Source of the DNA: Auanema rhodensis
Lineage: Eukaryota > Animalia > Nematoda
Length of the DNA: 64,000 nt
NCBI GenBank assembly: GCA_964057225.1
Contig: OZ059900.1
Location: 10,726,001-10,790,000 of the forward strand
Direction of reading: 5' to 3'
Both the position numbers and the translations under genes were made by a program. The notes below the pieces were generated by a model. It was not told the origin of the DNA and searched no databases. It saw only the letters and a list, made by a program, of their open reading frames with translations. Positions 1 to 12,200 of the stretch are shown piece by piece (positions within the stretch are counted from its first letter, which is position 1; every line of letters begins with the position of its first letter).

Positions 1-815
1 TACCTCACTCTGCTATTGCACCGCTCTAGAGCGACGTGCTAGAGCACCATGCTACAGCACCATGCTACGGCATGAACATTGTAAAGTATAGTTCAAGATC
101 GATACAATAGTATTTAGAGAAATTATGCAGCATGAATTACGTGAATACTTTTTAGAATGTTTCTTTGTGTTTTTTTTGAACTTGCGTACGTTGTATCCTC
201 ACAATACTTATGCATGGAACCGTGCTACAGCACCGCGCTAGAGCAACGTGCTAGAGCACCATGCTACGGCATGAACATTGAAAAGTATAGTTCAAAATCA
301 ATACAGGGATATTTAGAGAACTTATACAACATGAATTAGGTGAATACTTATTAAAATATTTCTTTGTGTTTTTTTCAACTTGCATACATTGTATACTTAC
401 AATCCTTATGAATGGGAAGGTGTTACCTCACTCTGCTATAGCACCGCGCTAGAGCAACGTGCTAGAGCACCATGCTACGGCATGAACAGTGAAAAGTATA
501 GTTCAAAATCAATACAAGGGTATTTAGAGAACTTATACAACATGAATTACGTGAACACTTTTTAAAATGTTTCTTTGTGTTTTTTTTGAGCTTGCATACG
601 TTGTATCCTCATAATACTTATGCATGGAAACGTGCTATAGCACCGCGCTAGGGCAACGTGCTAGAGCACCATGCTACGGCATGAACATTGTAAAGTATAG
701 TTCAAGATCGATACAACGATATTAAGAGAACTTATGCAGCATGAATTACGTGAATACTTCTTAAAATGTTTCTCTGTGTTTTTTTTTGAACTTGCATACA
801 TTGTATCCTTACAAT
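1..815. repeat. Tandem satellite, ~200-212-bp monomers alternating as a ~410-bp dimer
   Basis: The motif ctagagcaccatgcta recurs at 39, 251, 462 and 661 (spacings 212/211/199). Two monomer types alternate. It ends abruptly at the tRNA array near 815-835. Confidence 0.85.
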
Positions 816-880
816 CGTATAAAAAATAAATAAAATGATAGTTTGAATGGAGCATCCGTTGTGATAAAAAACCAAATTAA

Positions 881-962
881 CGATCAGGATGAGATTCGAA
901 CTCACGCGGGGAAACCCCAATGGATTAGCAGTCCATCGCCTTAACCACTCGGCCACCTGATC
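881..962 (-). tRNA. tRNA-Ser(GCT)
   Basis: Reverse complement reads GATCAGG TG GCCGAGTGGTTAAGGC G ATGGA CTGCTAA TCCAT TGGGGTTTCCCCGC GTGAG TTCGAAT CTCAT CCTGATC G. Full cloverleaf, long variable arm, GCT anticodon, discriminator G. Confidence 0.95.
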
Positions 963-1128
963 ACAGGGTTTTTCCAAGAATACTCTTACTTAAACAAAGA
1001 AATTATTGTGAGAATAAATAACGTCAACAAATGAATAATAAAGTCTTTCTATTAAATCAGGTGGCTTGGCTTTATTTAGAAATTGATAGTTTGAATGGAG
1101 CATCCGTTGTCATAAAAAACAAAATTAA

Positions 1129-1210
1129 CGATCAGGATGAGATTCGAACTCACGCGGGGAAACCCCAATGGATTAGCAGTCCATCGCCTTAACCACTCGG
1201 CCACCTGATC
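1129..1210 (-). tRNA. tRNA-Ser(GCT)
   Basis: Same 82-nt cloverleaf, 248 bp from the previous copy. Confidence 0.95.
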
Positions 1211-1376
1211 ACAGGGTTTTTCCAAGAATACTCTTACTTAAACAAAGAAATTATTGTGAGAATAAATAATTTCAACAAATAAATAATAAATTCTTCCTAT
1301 TAAATCGGGTGGCTTGGCTTTATTTAGAAAATGATAGTTTGAATGGAGCATCCGTTGTCATAAAAAACAAAATTAA

Positions 1377-1458
1377 CGATCAGGATGAGATTCGAACTCA
1401 CGCGGGGAAACCCCAATGGATTAGCAGTCCATCGCCTTAACCACTCGGCCACCTGATC
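1377..1458 (-). tRNA. tRNA-Ser(GCT)
   Basis: Same 82-nt cloverleaf, 248-bp period. Confidence 0.95.
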
Positions 1459-1575
1459 ACAGGGTTTTTCCAAGAATACTCTTACTTAAACAAAGAAATT
1501 ATTGTGACAACAAATATCGTCAGCAAACAAATAAGAAAGTCTTCCTATTGAATCAGTTGTCTTGGCTTTATTTAG

Positions 1576-1992
1576 TGTTACATACATATCTCAAAGGAAA
1601 GCAGCTGACCATGGCAGCTGCTATTATTAAACTAATGCAGATAGTTTTTAAGCAATTCTGAGAATATTCTAGATGCACTTTTTATAAGCTTTGTAACAAT
1701 TTGTGTAAACTGAGTAGGAGTTGTATGGATATATAAACCTGAGTCCTCAAGACTCAGGCATCTCATTATCTCATTATCTTACTTTCTCTTTATCTTCTTT
1801 ATATTCTCTTTCTTAACTCTAGCTTTAATCTTTGTATAATTATATTATAATGCGAACAATAAACCTTTATATATTTCATCTCTTGTTTCTTATTTCACCT
1901 TACATTACACACTTATATTTAAAATCATACTCATCTTCTCATAGTCTGTTTGGATCTCTCAACTTGGAACCATTGAGAATCTAAATGGAACG
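1576..1992 (+). repeat. 5' LTR of gypsy copy 1
   Basis: Direct repeat of 13468-13884. TATATAAA at 1730-1737 and AATAAA at 1858-1863. Confidence 0.93.
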
Positions 1993-2010
1993 TGGAGGTT
2001 CCGCCGAGAT
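1993..2010 (+). promoter_or_regulatory. Primer-binding site, tRNA-Gln
   Basis: TGGAGGTTCCGCCGAGAT (ACC variant at 25768 and 27662) is complementary to the metazoan tRNA-Gln 3' end ...ATCTCGGTGGAACCT-CCA as I recall it. The G variant can still pair G:U. Confidence 0.85.
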
Positions 2011-3239
2011 CCTTCCTTTTGGACAGGATCTCGTAAAGGAACTCAAGCGCTACCGTCTACATCTCTTATTCAATTAAAAATCTTATCTCTCTCTTAAAGT
2101 TAGCTTATAATATTTTCTTAAAAACTCTAAAACTTTTCTATTAAAAATTATATCCAAAAACTCTTTACAAAAACTCAGTTTTCCATTCATTATATTCTCA
2201 TAAAATTATTCATAAGAGTACTTATATCATTTATCATTCTCTCTATCCAAAATCCTATATACGAAAATTATTCAAATTCAATAATTAACTTTTCTAAGAA
2301 TTATAAGTTTATTTTCACATTTTTTGAACAAAAATAGTTAAGTTCTTTATAAAATTAATTTAGAATTAAGAAATAAAAAAAAAGAATATTGCTTCTATAC
2401 CTCTCAATCTTAATCATCTTATCATATTATCTGAATCTTCATCTTATCATACTATTTAATCATCCTATCATACCATATTTTCATTATTTTCTTTATGTTC
2501 GTTTATAAAACTATTATTCTTATACTACTACACTGTATTCTCATAAACCCACCCCTTCCCCCCCCGCCGTTATTTCATAAGCAAGAAATCCCGTGTTAAA
2601 CACGACAGTAAAAATATTTATTAGGCGCAGCGTATCCAAATTCCGATTACCTTAGCACCTGAAAATACGAAAAATAATTAAATTAATCAATAAGTTTTAA
2701 CTCATACGCAAAAACCATCTCCCCCCTCGTTAAGAATAATGCCAGACACTCAAGAGACTCGAGCGGAGGCCGACACTCAGGATAAGACGTACGCCCCATG
2801 AAATAATGAGAGAATTTTTGAATTGAAATCTGCCCCACATTGAGATAAATAATAAGAGTGGTCTCGCCATCATAGAGTCAGGGAGCAGGATGCAGAAGGC
2901 AGCTGACATACCTGTGACTCAGATAGGTTAATGAGGTCTGGGAAAATGAAATGATTGCGAAAATTCTGTTTTGTATCCTTGTCCCAAAAGACTGGCGAAC
3001 TATTAACTTTCATTTCATGCCTTTTTCACAATATAGAACTTGTCCCTTCGAAAAGGCACACTAGTTTCAAACCTGTGTTAGACCCGGACGAGCTATATTG
3101 GTAAAGAGATTACTTGCAAGACTAGCTACCTTCATAAGAATCGCGCACACAAACCCAACATTATTCTTTACGTTTTTCAATATATAAAATTATTTTGGCA
3201 CACGTTGGATATAACAAATTTCCTTACAGGATACCAACG

Positions 3240-6200
3240 ATGCTGCCCAATACTGGTCCAAAACCTCCGCTGGACCCTGCTGCCACTTCAAATATTATAA
3301 GAAGAAAAAGACAACCGCCCGCAACATATTCTCCCCCCTCTGCAAAACAAGCGAAGTTAAGCATTAAAACAAAGTCAATGGTAATACATACCCCAAGACA
3401 TCGCGGCATTCAAAAACAATTCACCAATCCCAAATCACATGAAAAAACGAAGAAACAAAAAACAGACATAGTCGAAAGAAACACCTTAGAAAAGAAAATT
3501 ATCCCAAACATTAATCCTATTCCTAAAAACATAGCAAGCAAAGGGAACCCTCAAAACCCCCCAACCAACACCATACCAAATACAATCAACCCAATCAATC
3601 GTTTAATAGCCACCCCTAGAAGAAGCAATACACCAACCACACAAAAATCACCTACGCCCGCACTTTCTTCAACCACACCCGCAGTAAGCTCATCGCCACC
3701 TCTACGAAACTCACCTTCATCCATTGATCATTCTACATCTGGGCATTCTCTATCTCCGTCTCTTCCATCGCAAACTAATCAAGCAAATACTTTTGTTGCA
3801 GAAAACAAGAGAATTAACCCAAGAATGGACCCAATGGACGAAGGCGCACCACTTACGCAAACCTCGGGAAGGGCACCTGTTCCAACACCTACAATCATCC
3901 CTCAACCAGCAGCGATTCCGTCCGCCATACGCGATATAAAAGCTCCACGCTACGATGGAAAAACACCATTCAACCGCTATCTACTATACCTAGATGAACA
4001 CTTCAACGCTACAAGAACAACTATGCCCGAACGTCTTCAAAGCATACAATTATTGCTAGAAGATGATCGAGCAAGAGAAGCGTACAGAAAACTCACAACC
4101 GAAGATAAGCGACTTGGATGGGACCATGTCAAGAAGCGACTCTCAGAAATGATCACACCGAAAAAACAGAGAGAACGAGCAATGCACCGCCTACATGGCT
4201 TGAAACAGTTACCAACGGAATCGGTACAAAGCTTTGCAACAAGATGTTCTAACGAAGCCTACTCGGCTATGGACATGAACAACGAAAGTGAGCTTAACAT
4301 GCTCCGATCCACCTTCACTTGGGGACTAAGACCCGAAATAAGCGAACATGTTAGCCGTCTAGACCCACCAAACTTTGAGGAAGCTTACGAAATGGCCTTA
4401 CGAGAAGAACTCTTTATACAAAATAGACCAACATCGTTTGTCAACAATATAGAGAAGTCGTTCAACAACCTCAACATTCGAGACTCGAAGGACAACAATC
4501 AATACCAGAGAAACGAATCTAAGGATTTCAAAGGAACCAAACCGATGTATAATGGCAATGGCAAACCACACAACCGATATCCGGACAGATACAACAACCA
4601 ATATCGGCCTCATCAACACCAATACAGGAACCATAACTCACGATTCTCTCAAAATAAGGGATCAAGACAAAACTACTTCGACAGATCACGAAACAGAAGC
4701 CAAGAAAGACCATACTATCGAAACCGCGACCAAAACTATAGCGGACACAACAACCGGCGACAATCAAATAATCACGAACAATACCCCTCACAATACAATC
4801 GAAGCCAATACAACAATTATAGAAGTCGCCCGCGCAGCACCTCCAATGGACCGGAACGGTATAGAGAACGCACACAGAGCCCAGGAGTACGTTTTCAAGT
4901 CAACAACGTCACGGAAAACGAAGTACCGAACAACAAAAGAAAATCAACACCATTCCTACCCCTCTTTATCACAATTATCGCACTCATTATAAACACATGC
5001 AGTGCAGAAACAACGTACCAGCTATGCACAGGAAACAGAGGAGGAATATATGTTGAGCCGCCATCGCCAACAGCTTGCCGATCCATCGCACCAACTAATA
5101 ACCATATCCAGAAGACTACAGCAGAATTGTTCATCCAAAACCTACAACCAAAAGAATGGGAAGCATGGAAATGTGCAATTGAAACTTACCAGCTTTGCAT
5201 TCACGACGTTTTCTTCATCAGAGAAACTAATGTCTCACTAGCAAAAGTTTCACCAACAACACTGCAAGAATGTACGTCAGCTATTAAAGAAAGAATATTC
5301 AACGGTACCAACCTTCAAAGAGAAGCACCAGGACTCTATGGAACTCCATTCCCAGAGACAACCATTACTAATGGTATATGGAAACAGGAATGCGAACAAC
5401 GTACCAGATTCATAGCTGAACGAGGACACATGACCAGCCTACAAGACAATACAGTACTCTCAGATATATTCATAAACGACAACGGATGCACCAGTGACAA
5501 AGGACAATGCCTAACCAACAACGCTCTCATCATATGGACCCCACCATCAGAAAAACATAGTTGCTCGTACACTTCATTAGGCTCTCACGAAGTTTTTATA
5601 TCAGAAGACACCATATTGATTCCCGGAATTCAAAGTGCTTTTATTCTAAACAATAAAACACCGGAAAAAGAAGCCTCCTCATGCTTACAAAAAGAGATAT
5701 TTACTACAAATAGCGGAACTCTAATCTCCTTCAACTCAACCTCAAGCTTAGGACGATCAAGAAGACACGCAATCACGGAATACCCTAAAGGATTCTTGAC
5801 AGTTCATCAATACCCCTCGCTAAGATATTCAGCCAGCAAAACCGGAACTATTCTACTATATACAACCTATATTCAACGGAAAAGACTTGACATCCATTAC
5901 AATCTCAATAACATAACAAATATGTTACCTAAGTATATCGCAATCTTCAAATACCTAGGTATAAATTTTGATGTTATTAAAAATCGTCTTATATGGCACA
6001 AATATGAAGACGTCAACATAGCCATTCTACACGCCCTAGGAGAAGCAGAAATAAGAGAAGCAACAAAAATCGCGATCGATAATCTATCGTATAAGGAACT
6101 TACGCAAAAACTTAGCAAACGGATCACAATTAAGGATTTTAAGAAAATACTACCAACCAAAACAGGAGACTACTATGAAATCGCGAAAGAAATTGCTTAC

Positions 6201-9200
6201 TCACTTGCGGAAATACCTACTACATTAGCTACAGGAGAAACAACACCATCTTTAGAAGAATACTTATATCAACTTATGCCACCAAGAAAACCAAAACTCA
6301 CCAAGACACGAAACGATTTAGAACTGTACGAACAACTAGCACAAGCAAAAATTATCCTGAACGCAATAAATAATCCGAAGAAGCTACATTCAAAAGAAGA
6401 ATACGAAGCAGAAATGAAGAAATGGATCAAATATGAAAAAGAACTGAACTTACCACCATTACAACTGCCAAACTACACAGTTATCTTCGATGGCGACGAT
6501 ATATTCTACGGCTTCCGGAAAAGAAATCCTACAAATTATAGCATTACACAAGAGGATAGTGAAAAATTTTATAATCATTATCTACCCCTTATCAGTACTC
6601 CCGGAACACGACCTTTTGCAACCACAATTAGAAGCACTTCGACCCCCCTACAAACTACTACTACAACCACTACCACGACCCCTAAGCCTACAACCATAAG
6701 GAACGTCATCACTTCGACAATCACACCCAAAACACATATATCCGAAACAACTAGACCCAAACCAACAATACCCACGTCTTCATCAACTACTACTACTACT
6801 ACCACTACTACTACTACTACTTCTACTACTGCTAGACCCAGATCAACAACAACCACAACACCTACAACAACCACAACTATATTCACCACTCATCGACCAA
6901 CACAATCATTCTCCACCCCCCAATCTACATTCAATATTACTACAAACCCAATCACAATCACCTCAAGCCAGGAATACAATAGGAAAGAATCACTCACCAA
7001 GTCACCGCCTCCAAGAACTACAAAAAGATCTATCACTACCACTCGCAGCACACCTGAAGAAATATCATCACATATCGGTAAGAAAGCTCACGTAGACTAC
7101 CTTAAAGCTAAGAACGATATCGTCCAAAAATGGAATGAACATCTTCATCAACAAGAAACGCAATCTCATCTACAATATGCCACTACCAATCTGGAAGATG
7201 ATATCATACGTACGTTCACAACAAACAGAAACAACATCTGCCACGTACAAAATAAACAACTAATTACCTGGTGGGCTATTCTTCAAATAAATCCTACTAT
7301 AGGGATGCGTACAATGCTACGACGACAGGATATATCTGCAAGATTCATAAATGATAAACTAATTTATGTAATGCCATGCACACCAATTCAAATTACAAAA
7401 ACATACCGCGATCACAAAGTCAACAGCACGTGTTTTCTGGAAACCCCAGTCGAAACGGAACATCACGGCCAACTGTTCATCCTACCAGGTACAAGAGACC
7501 TCACACCGATGGCACATGCCATACCTTGCGGACTCACAATCAAGGATCCCTGGAAAGAAAACGATCAATGGACTAATAATAACCAATCAATAAATGTAAC
7601 ATCACCAGCATACATCGACGAGTTAGGATCAATCAACCTAGAACATATCAAGTTTAATGGAAGCAACATTTTCAACAACCTAACAGAATCAACGTTTCCT
7701 ATGGCACTAGCAATATCATATGGATCCAGCTTAGCAACGCTACAGGCTACTTTACCAGGAAGAATAAAACCTGTAATCAAACAAAGATTAATTCCTAACA
7801 TGAACCCTGTTACCCTAACAGCAGGAGCAGCCAGCAGCTTACTACTCAGCTACGAACATACAAAAGAAGCTATAACTAGGAAAATGTTTGACTTTCTGTC
7901 ACCAATATGGGAAAAGATTCAAACCTGGACACTACGCGTACTTGCTATCATTGGATCAATCATCATAACAATTGGCATAATCACACTCGCCACCTGGATA
8001 ATAAAAATATACGCATGTAGTTCAAGGATGCCCATCAACAATGTCAAATGGGAAGCAGAATACTTACAACCACTATCAACTGAGAACACAAGAACAGAAA
8101 CATCTCATCCTTCTCCGTCCGCTCCATACGTCGACAACCATCACAACAGCTGTCAACTCACATTGTATGATCCTTCAGCACCAATTCCTGAACACATTTA
8201 TGAAGCTTATTTCCCTACAAACATGAAGAAAGAAAACATAAACTACATAGGAGGATCACAATTACCGTTTGTCCCGATTTCAATCCACAATCACATCTTT
8301 AAGGCACTATGGGACACGGGAGCATCAGCATCATACATGCGAGAATCCACCTTCAAACAACTGCCCGCTGCAACGATGGTACTAAAACAAACAACAGCGA
8401 TAGTCGCGAATAAATCTAAATTCTCATTTATGGGATACACAAGGATCCTCATAACAATAGGAACAACAGAAACAGAACACAAATTTTATGTAGCAGAAGA
8501 TAACTACTGTCCAGCACCAGTGTTACTTGGAATAGACTTCATGGAAGCATTACATCAACAAGGAATTTACACCTCACTTCGACCGCTGGATAAAACAATT
8601 GTTATCGGCACAACACATGTTCCACTAGCACGAGAAACATCTCCGTGGGAACACCAGACCACGAAAGCATATGTGGTTAGCTTAGAAAACAAAACGCTAA
8701 GACCAGGAGAAACAAGAACGCTCACGCTAGAAGTACACGATCCAGAAAGCTATGAACAGGCGTTTCTAGATTGTAAGAAACCAGGCAACAAACTCTCTTT
8801 CACGCCTACTATATTTACGCCAACTGGATACGGAGTACAAATTTACGCGACGAATATATGCAAACAGCCACTCGAAATTCAAATGAATCAAGAAATAGGG
8901 ATAGCAGAAGCGATACCAAAGGACAACCAAGAAAAATACGAAGGACAATACATACCTCTGGAAGCTCGATGGGAAGAGCAACTGCCATATTTTCCAGACA
9001 ATTTCATCAATGAGCTTGACCTTTCAGAAGCCTGCTTCTCACAAATCGAACAACAGCAACTGAAAGAAATAATTTTACTACATAAACAAGCGTTTCTCAA
9101 CGAAGATAGAAATATCGGACTCTTCCTAGGACCAATTGAACACTCCATTCCAATCATGCCAGGAAAAACACCATCATTCAAAATTACTTATCGTATACCA

Positions 9201-12200
9201 CTCTCCCAACAAGAAGAAGTGGAGAAACAAATAGAAGAAATGCTACAACAAAGAATCATTGAACCATCAAACTCAATGACAACTAGTCCAGTAATTTTGG
9301 TGAAGAAGAAAGACAAAACTTATAGATTTGTAACGGACTTTCGAGCTCTGAATGCAATCACTCAGAAACAAGTATATGTCATATCAAACATACAGGACAT
9401 CCTAGATTTGGCCGCTGGAGCAAGGATCTTCAGCAACTTTGATTTAGTATCTGGATTTTTCCAAATACCTCTTAAGAAAGAAGATCGTCATCTTACAGCT
9501 TTCACAACAACAAGTGGAACTTATCAATATTGTCGAATGCCGATGGGATTATGTGGATCACCCCATACTTTTCAAAACGCAGTACGATACCTGCAATCAA
9601 TGGTTAAATGCAAGCTATTCGTATATCTAGATGATTTACTGTTAATCTCTGAATCTACGACAGCACATTTAAAAGATATTGAAGAAGTTTTGGAAGCAGT
9701 AACTCAAATAGGATTCAAAATAAAACTGAAGAAATGCGCATTCGCAAGAAAGGAAGTAAAATTTCTAGGATACATAGTTGGACAAGAAGGAATTAAACCG
9801 GACCCACATAAAATTAAGGCAATACAAGATTATCCCCAACCAAAATCAACAACAGGAGTAAGAGCTTTCATGGGAGTAGTAAACTACTTCAGAAGGTTCA
9901 TAAAGAACGCTGCAGGAATAGCAACACCGCTCTACAACCTCACTCGGAAAGACACTCCGTTCAAATGGACAGAAGAAGAAGAAATTGCTTTTAATACTTT
10001 GAAGAAAACATTGACTCAAGCACCTGTGTTACAAGCACCAATCCCGAAGCGACCATATGTTATTGAAAGTGATGGAAGTATGATAGCAGTTGGCGCTGTA
10101 CTACTTCAAGCGAAAGACGATCAAGAACCATTACATCCAATAGCTTTTGCTAGTCGGAAACTCAACAAAGCCGAAAGGAATTATCCACCAATAGAAGTAG
10201 AAGCATTAGCTCTTACATTCGCCGTCAAACAATTTCGCACCTACATACTAGGAACAGCAACCAAAATTATCACGGACCATAGACCACTCACTAGTTTAAT
10301 GACTAGAAAGGATTTAATAGGTCGTTTAGCAAAATTTCAAATTGTTTTACAAGAATACGATATTGAAATTATCTACAGACCAGGAAAATTAAACAGTGTA
10401 TGTGACGCATTATCACGATATTTTGAAGATGAAATCAACGAAGCAAAACCACCAGCAAAGAAGAAAAACGAAAGAAAAACGACGGAAGATACTATTCATC
10501 AGATAAACACCTTCACGATAGCAGATATTCGATCAGTTCAGAATCAATCAAATTGGATAAAAGAAACTATGGATAAAATAAAGAATAATACAGCTGGACG
10601 ACAACTGACGGACAGATATATAGTGTACAACGATGTACTATACTCAAAACCAAAAAGAAGCCTACAAGTACCACGAACAATTTTACCACGAGAAGAGCAC
10701 ATAATTAATCCAATTATGAAGAAATTTCATGAAGATCCGACACTCGGAGCTCATCTAGGAATAAACAAAACAATGGACTCAATATCAAAACGATTTACAT
10801 GGACTGGAATGCAAGAAGACATTACAAACTACATCAACAGATGTCTTGCTTGTGCGAAAAGAAAGAACAACCCTCACGAAGCAACGGTGGAACCAATGAA
10901 AAATTTTCCAACATCAACAAAACCATGGCAAAGAGTACACATGGATATACTCGGACCATTACCTAGGACAGAACAAGAAAACAGATATGTTCTTTCAATT
11001 CAAGATTCTTTTTCAAAATGGATAATCGCAATTCCGCTAATCAGACAAACATCAGAAGAAATTATATCAGCTATCGAAAAATATCTCTTCTATGTTTTTG
11101 GACCACCTGTCACTATCATCACAGACAATGGATCTAATTTTATTTCAAACGATTTCACCACTATGTGCAGTAATTTTGGAACTACACACCACACTACTAT
11201 GCCGTATTACAAAAACGCTAACGGACAAGTAGAAAGATTACATCGGACGATCGAAGAAGCATTAACAGCCTACGTTAATGACGAACAAAACGATTGGGAT
11301 AAGATACTTCCGAAGATTATTTTTACACTCAACAGATTACCAAACGCCACCACTAAAACATCACCATACGAATGTTTGTTTGGACAAGTAGCACGTCTAC
11401 CCATTGACAAAAACTTGGAAACACCGGAAGAACAAAATATCACGGATCAGCTCAAAAACTTAAGAGATATTCAAGAAAAAGTCAAGGAAAAGATTGCCAC
11501 CAATGAAGAAAGAATGAAGCAGAAATACGATCAAACACATAGGACAAAAGAAAGAATATTAGATATAGGAGATCGAGTATTTGTACAAAGAGCGAACCCA
11601 AGCAACAAATTACAAATACGAAGAGATGGACCATACCGGATAGTGACAATTGAAGGAAACAACATCAGCATAACGGATCAAGATGGAAATATTATAAAAG
11701 CTCACAAAAATAACATACGTTATTTTCCACCAGACGATAATCTTATATCAACAAGAAATAATGAAGAAGAGGAAGAAGAAGACCAAGACATAGCAAACGA
11801 AGAAGAAGAAGAAGAAGAAGCAAGTTGGAATAATCTGGATGAATGGGAACAAACCAATAATACGGAAAATAACAACAACTGTTACCCAACAGGCAGTCCA
11901 GATACTCTCGCGCAACTGTTACCTATCACAGGGAATAACAGAGGAGTAAACGAAGAAGAAATTGAACATAATTCAGAAACACCTGACGACCTTGCTACAG
12001 CAAGAAGAATAACAAATTCTAATATACAATTAGAAGATGAATCAACAACAATCGACAGAATTCAAGAGGACCTCAGACAGCTGACACCTTTCTCTCAAGA
12101 AGAAGGTTCTAATCAAAACGATATAGAAGATAATAACGCGAAAACATACGAAAAGCTACGAGATCAATTCAAGAATGAAAACAGAAAGGAGCTATTTGAG

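Noticed and set aside
157-977. Short ORFs in the satellite and first tRNA unit
   Set aside because: Translations of tandem repeat or tRNA sequence with no coding features.
1993-2010. Idea that the elements are primed by the array's tRNA-Ser
   Set aside because: A Ser(GCT) PBS would read TGGCGATCAGG. The observed PBSs fit Gln and Gly.
3195-3239. TTG start of the polyprotein (and TTG start at 12605)
   Set aside because: A bacterial-style start call. The first ATGs are at 3240 and 12641.
4552-4992. Overlapping alternative-frame 146/205-aa Thr-rich ORF in gag
   Set aside because: Explained by the A/C-rich, T-poor composition that depletes stop codons. The length varies between copies and I saw no frameshift signal.
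6578-6889. Antisense Val-rich 'membrane' ORF (also in the other copies)
   Set aside because: It is the mirror of the ACT/ACA Thr codon run on the sense strand.
8670-8920. dUTPase between PR and RT (TLRPGETRTLTLEV)
   Set aside because: Only a vague resemblance. The conserved catalytic motifs are absent, and similar linkers are common in gypsy Pol.
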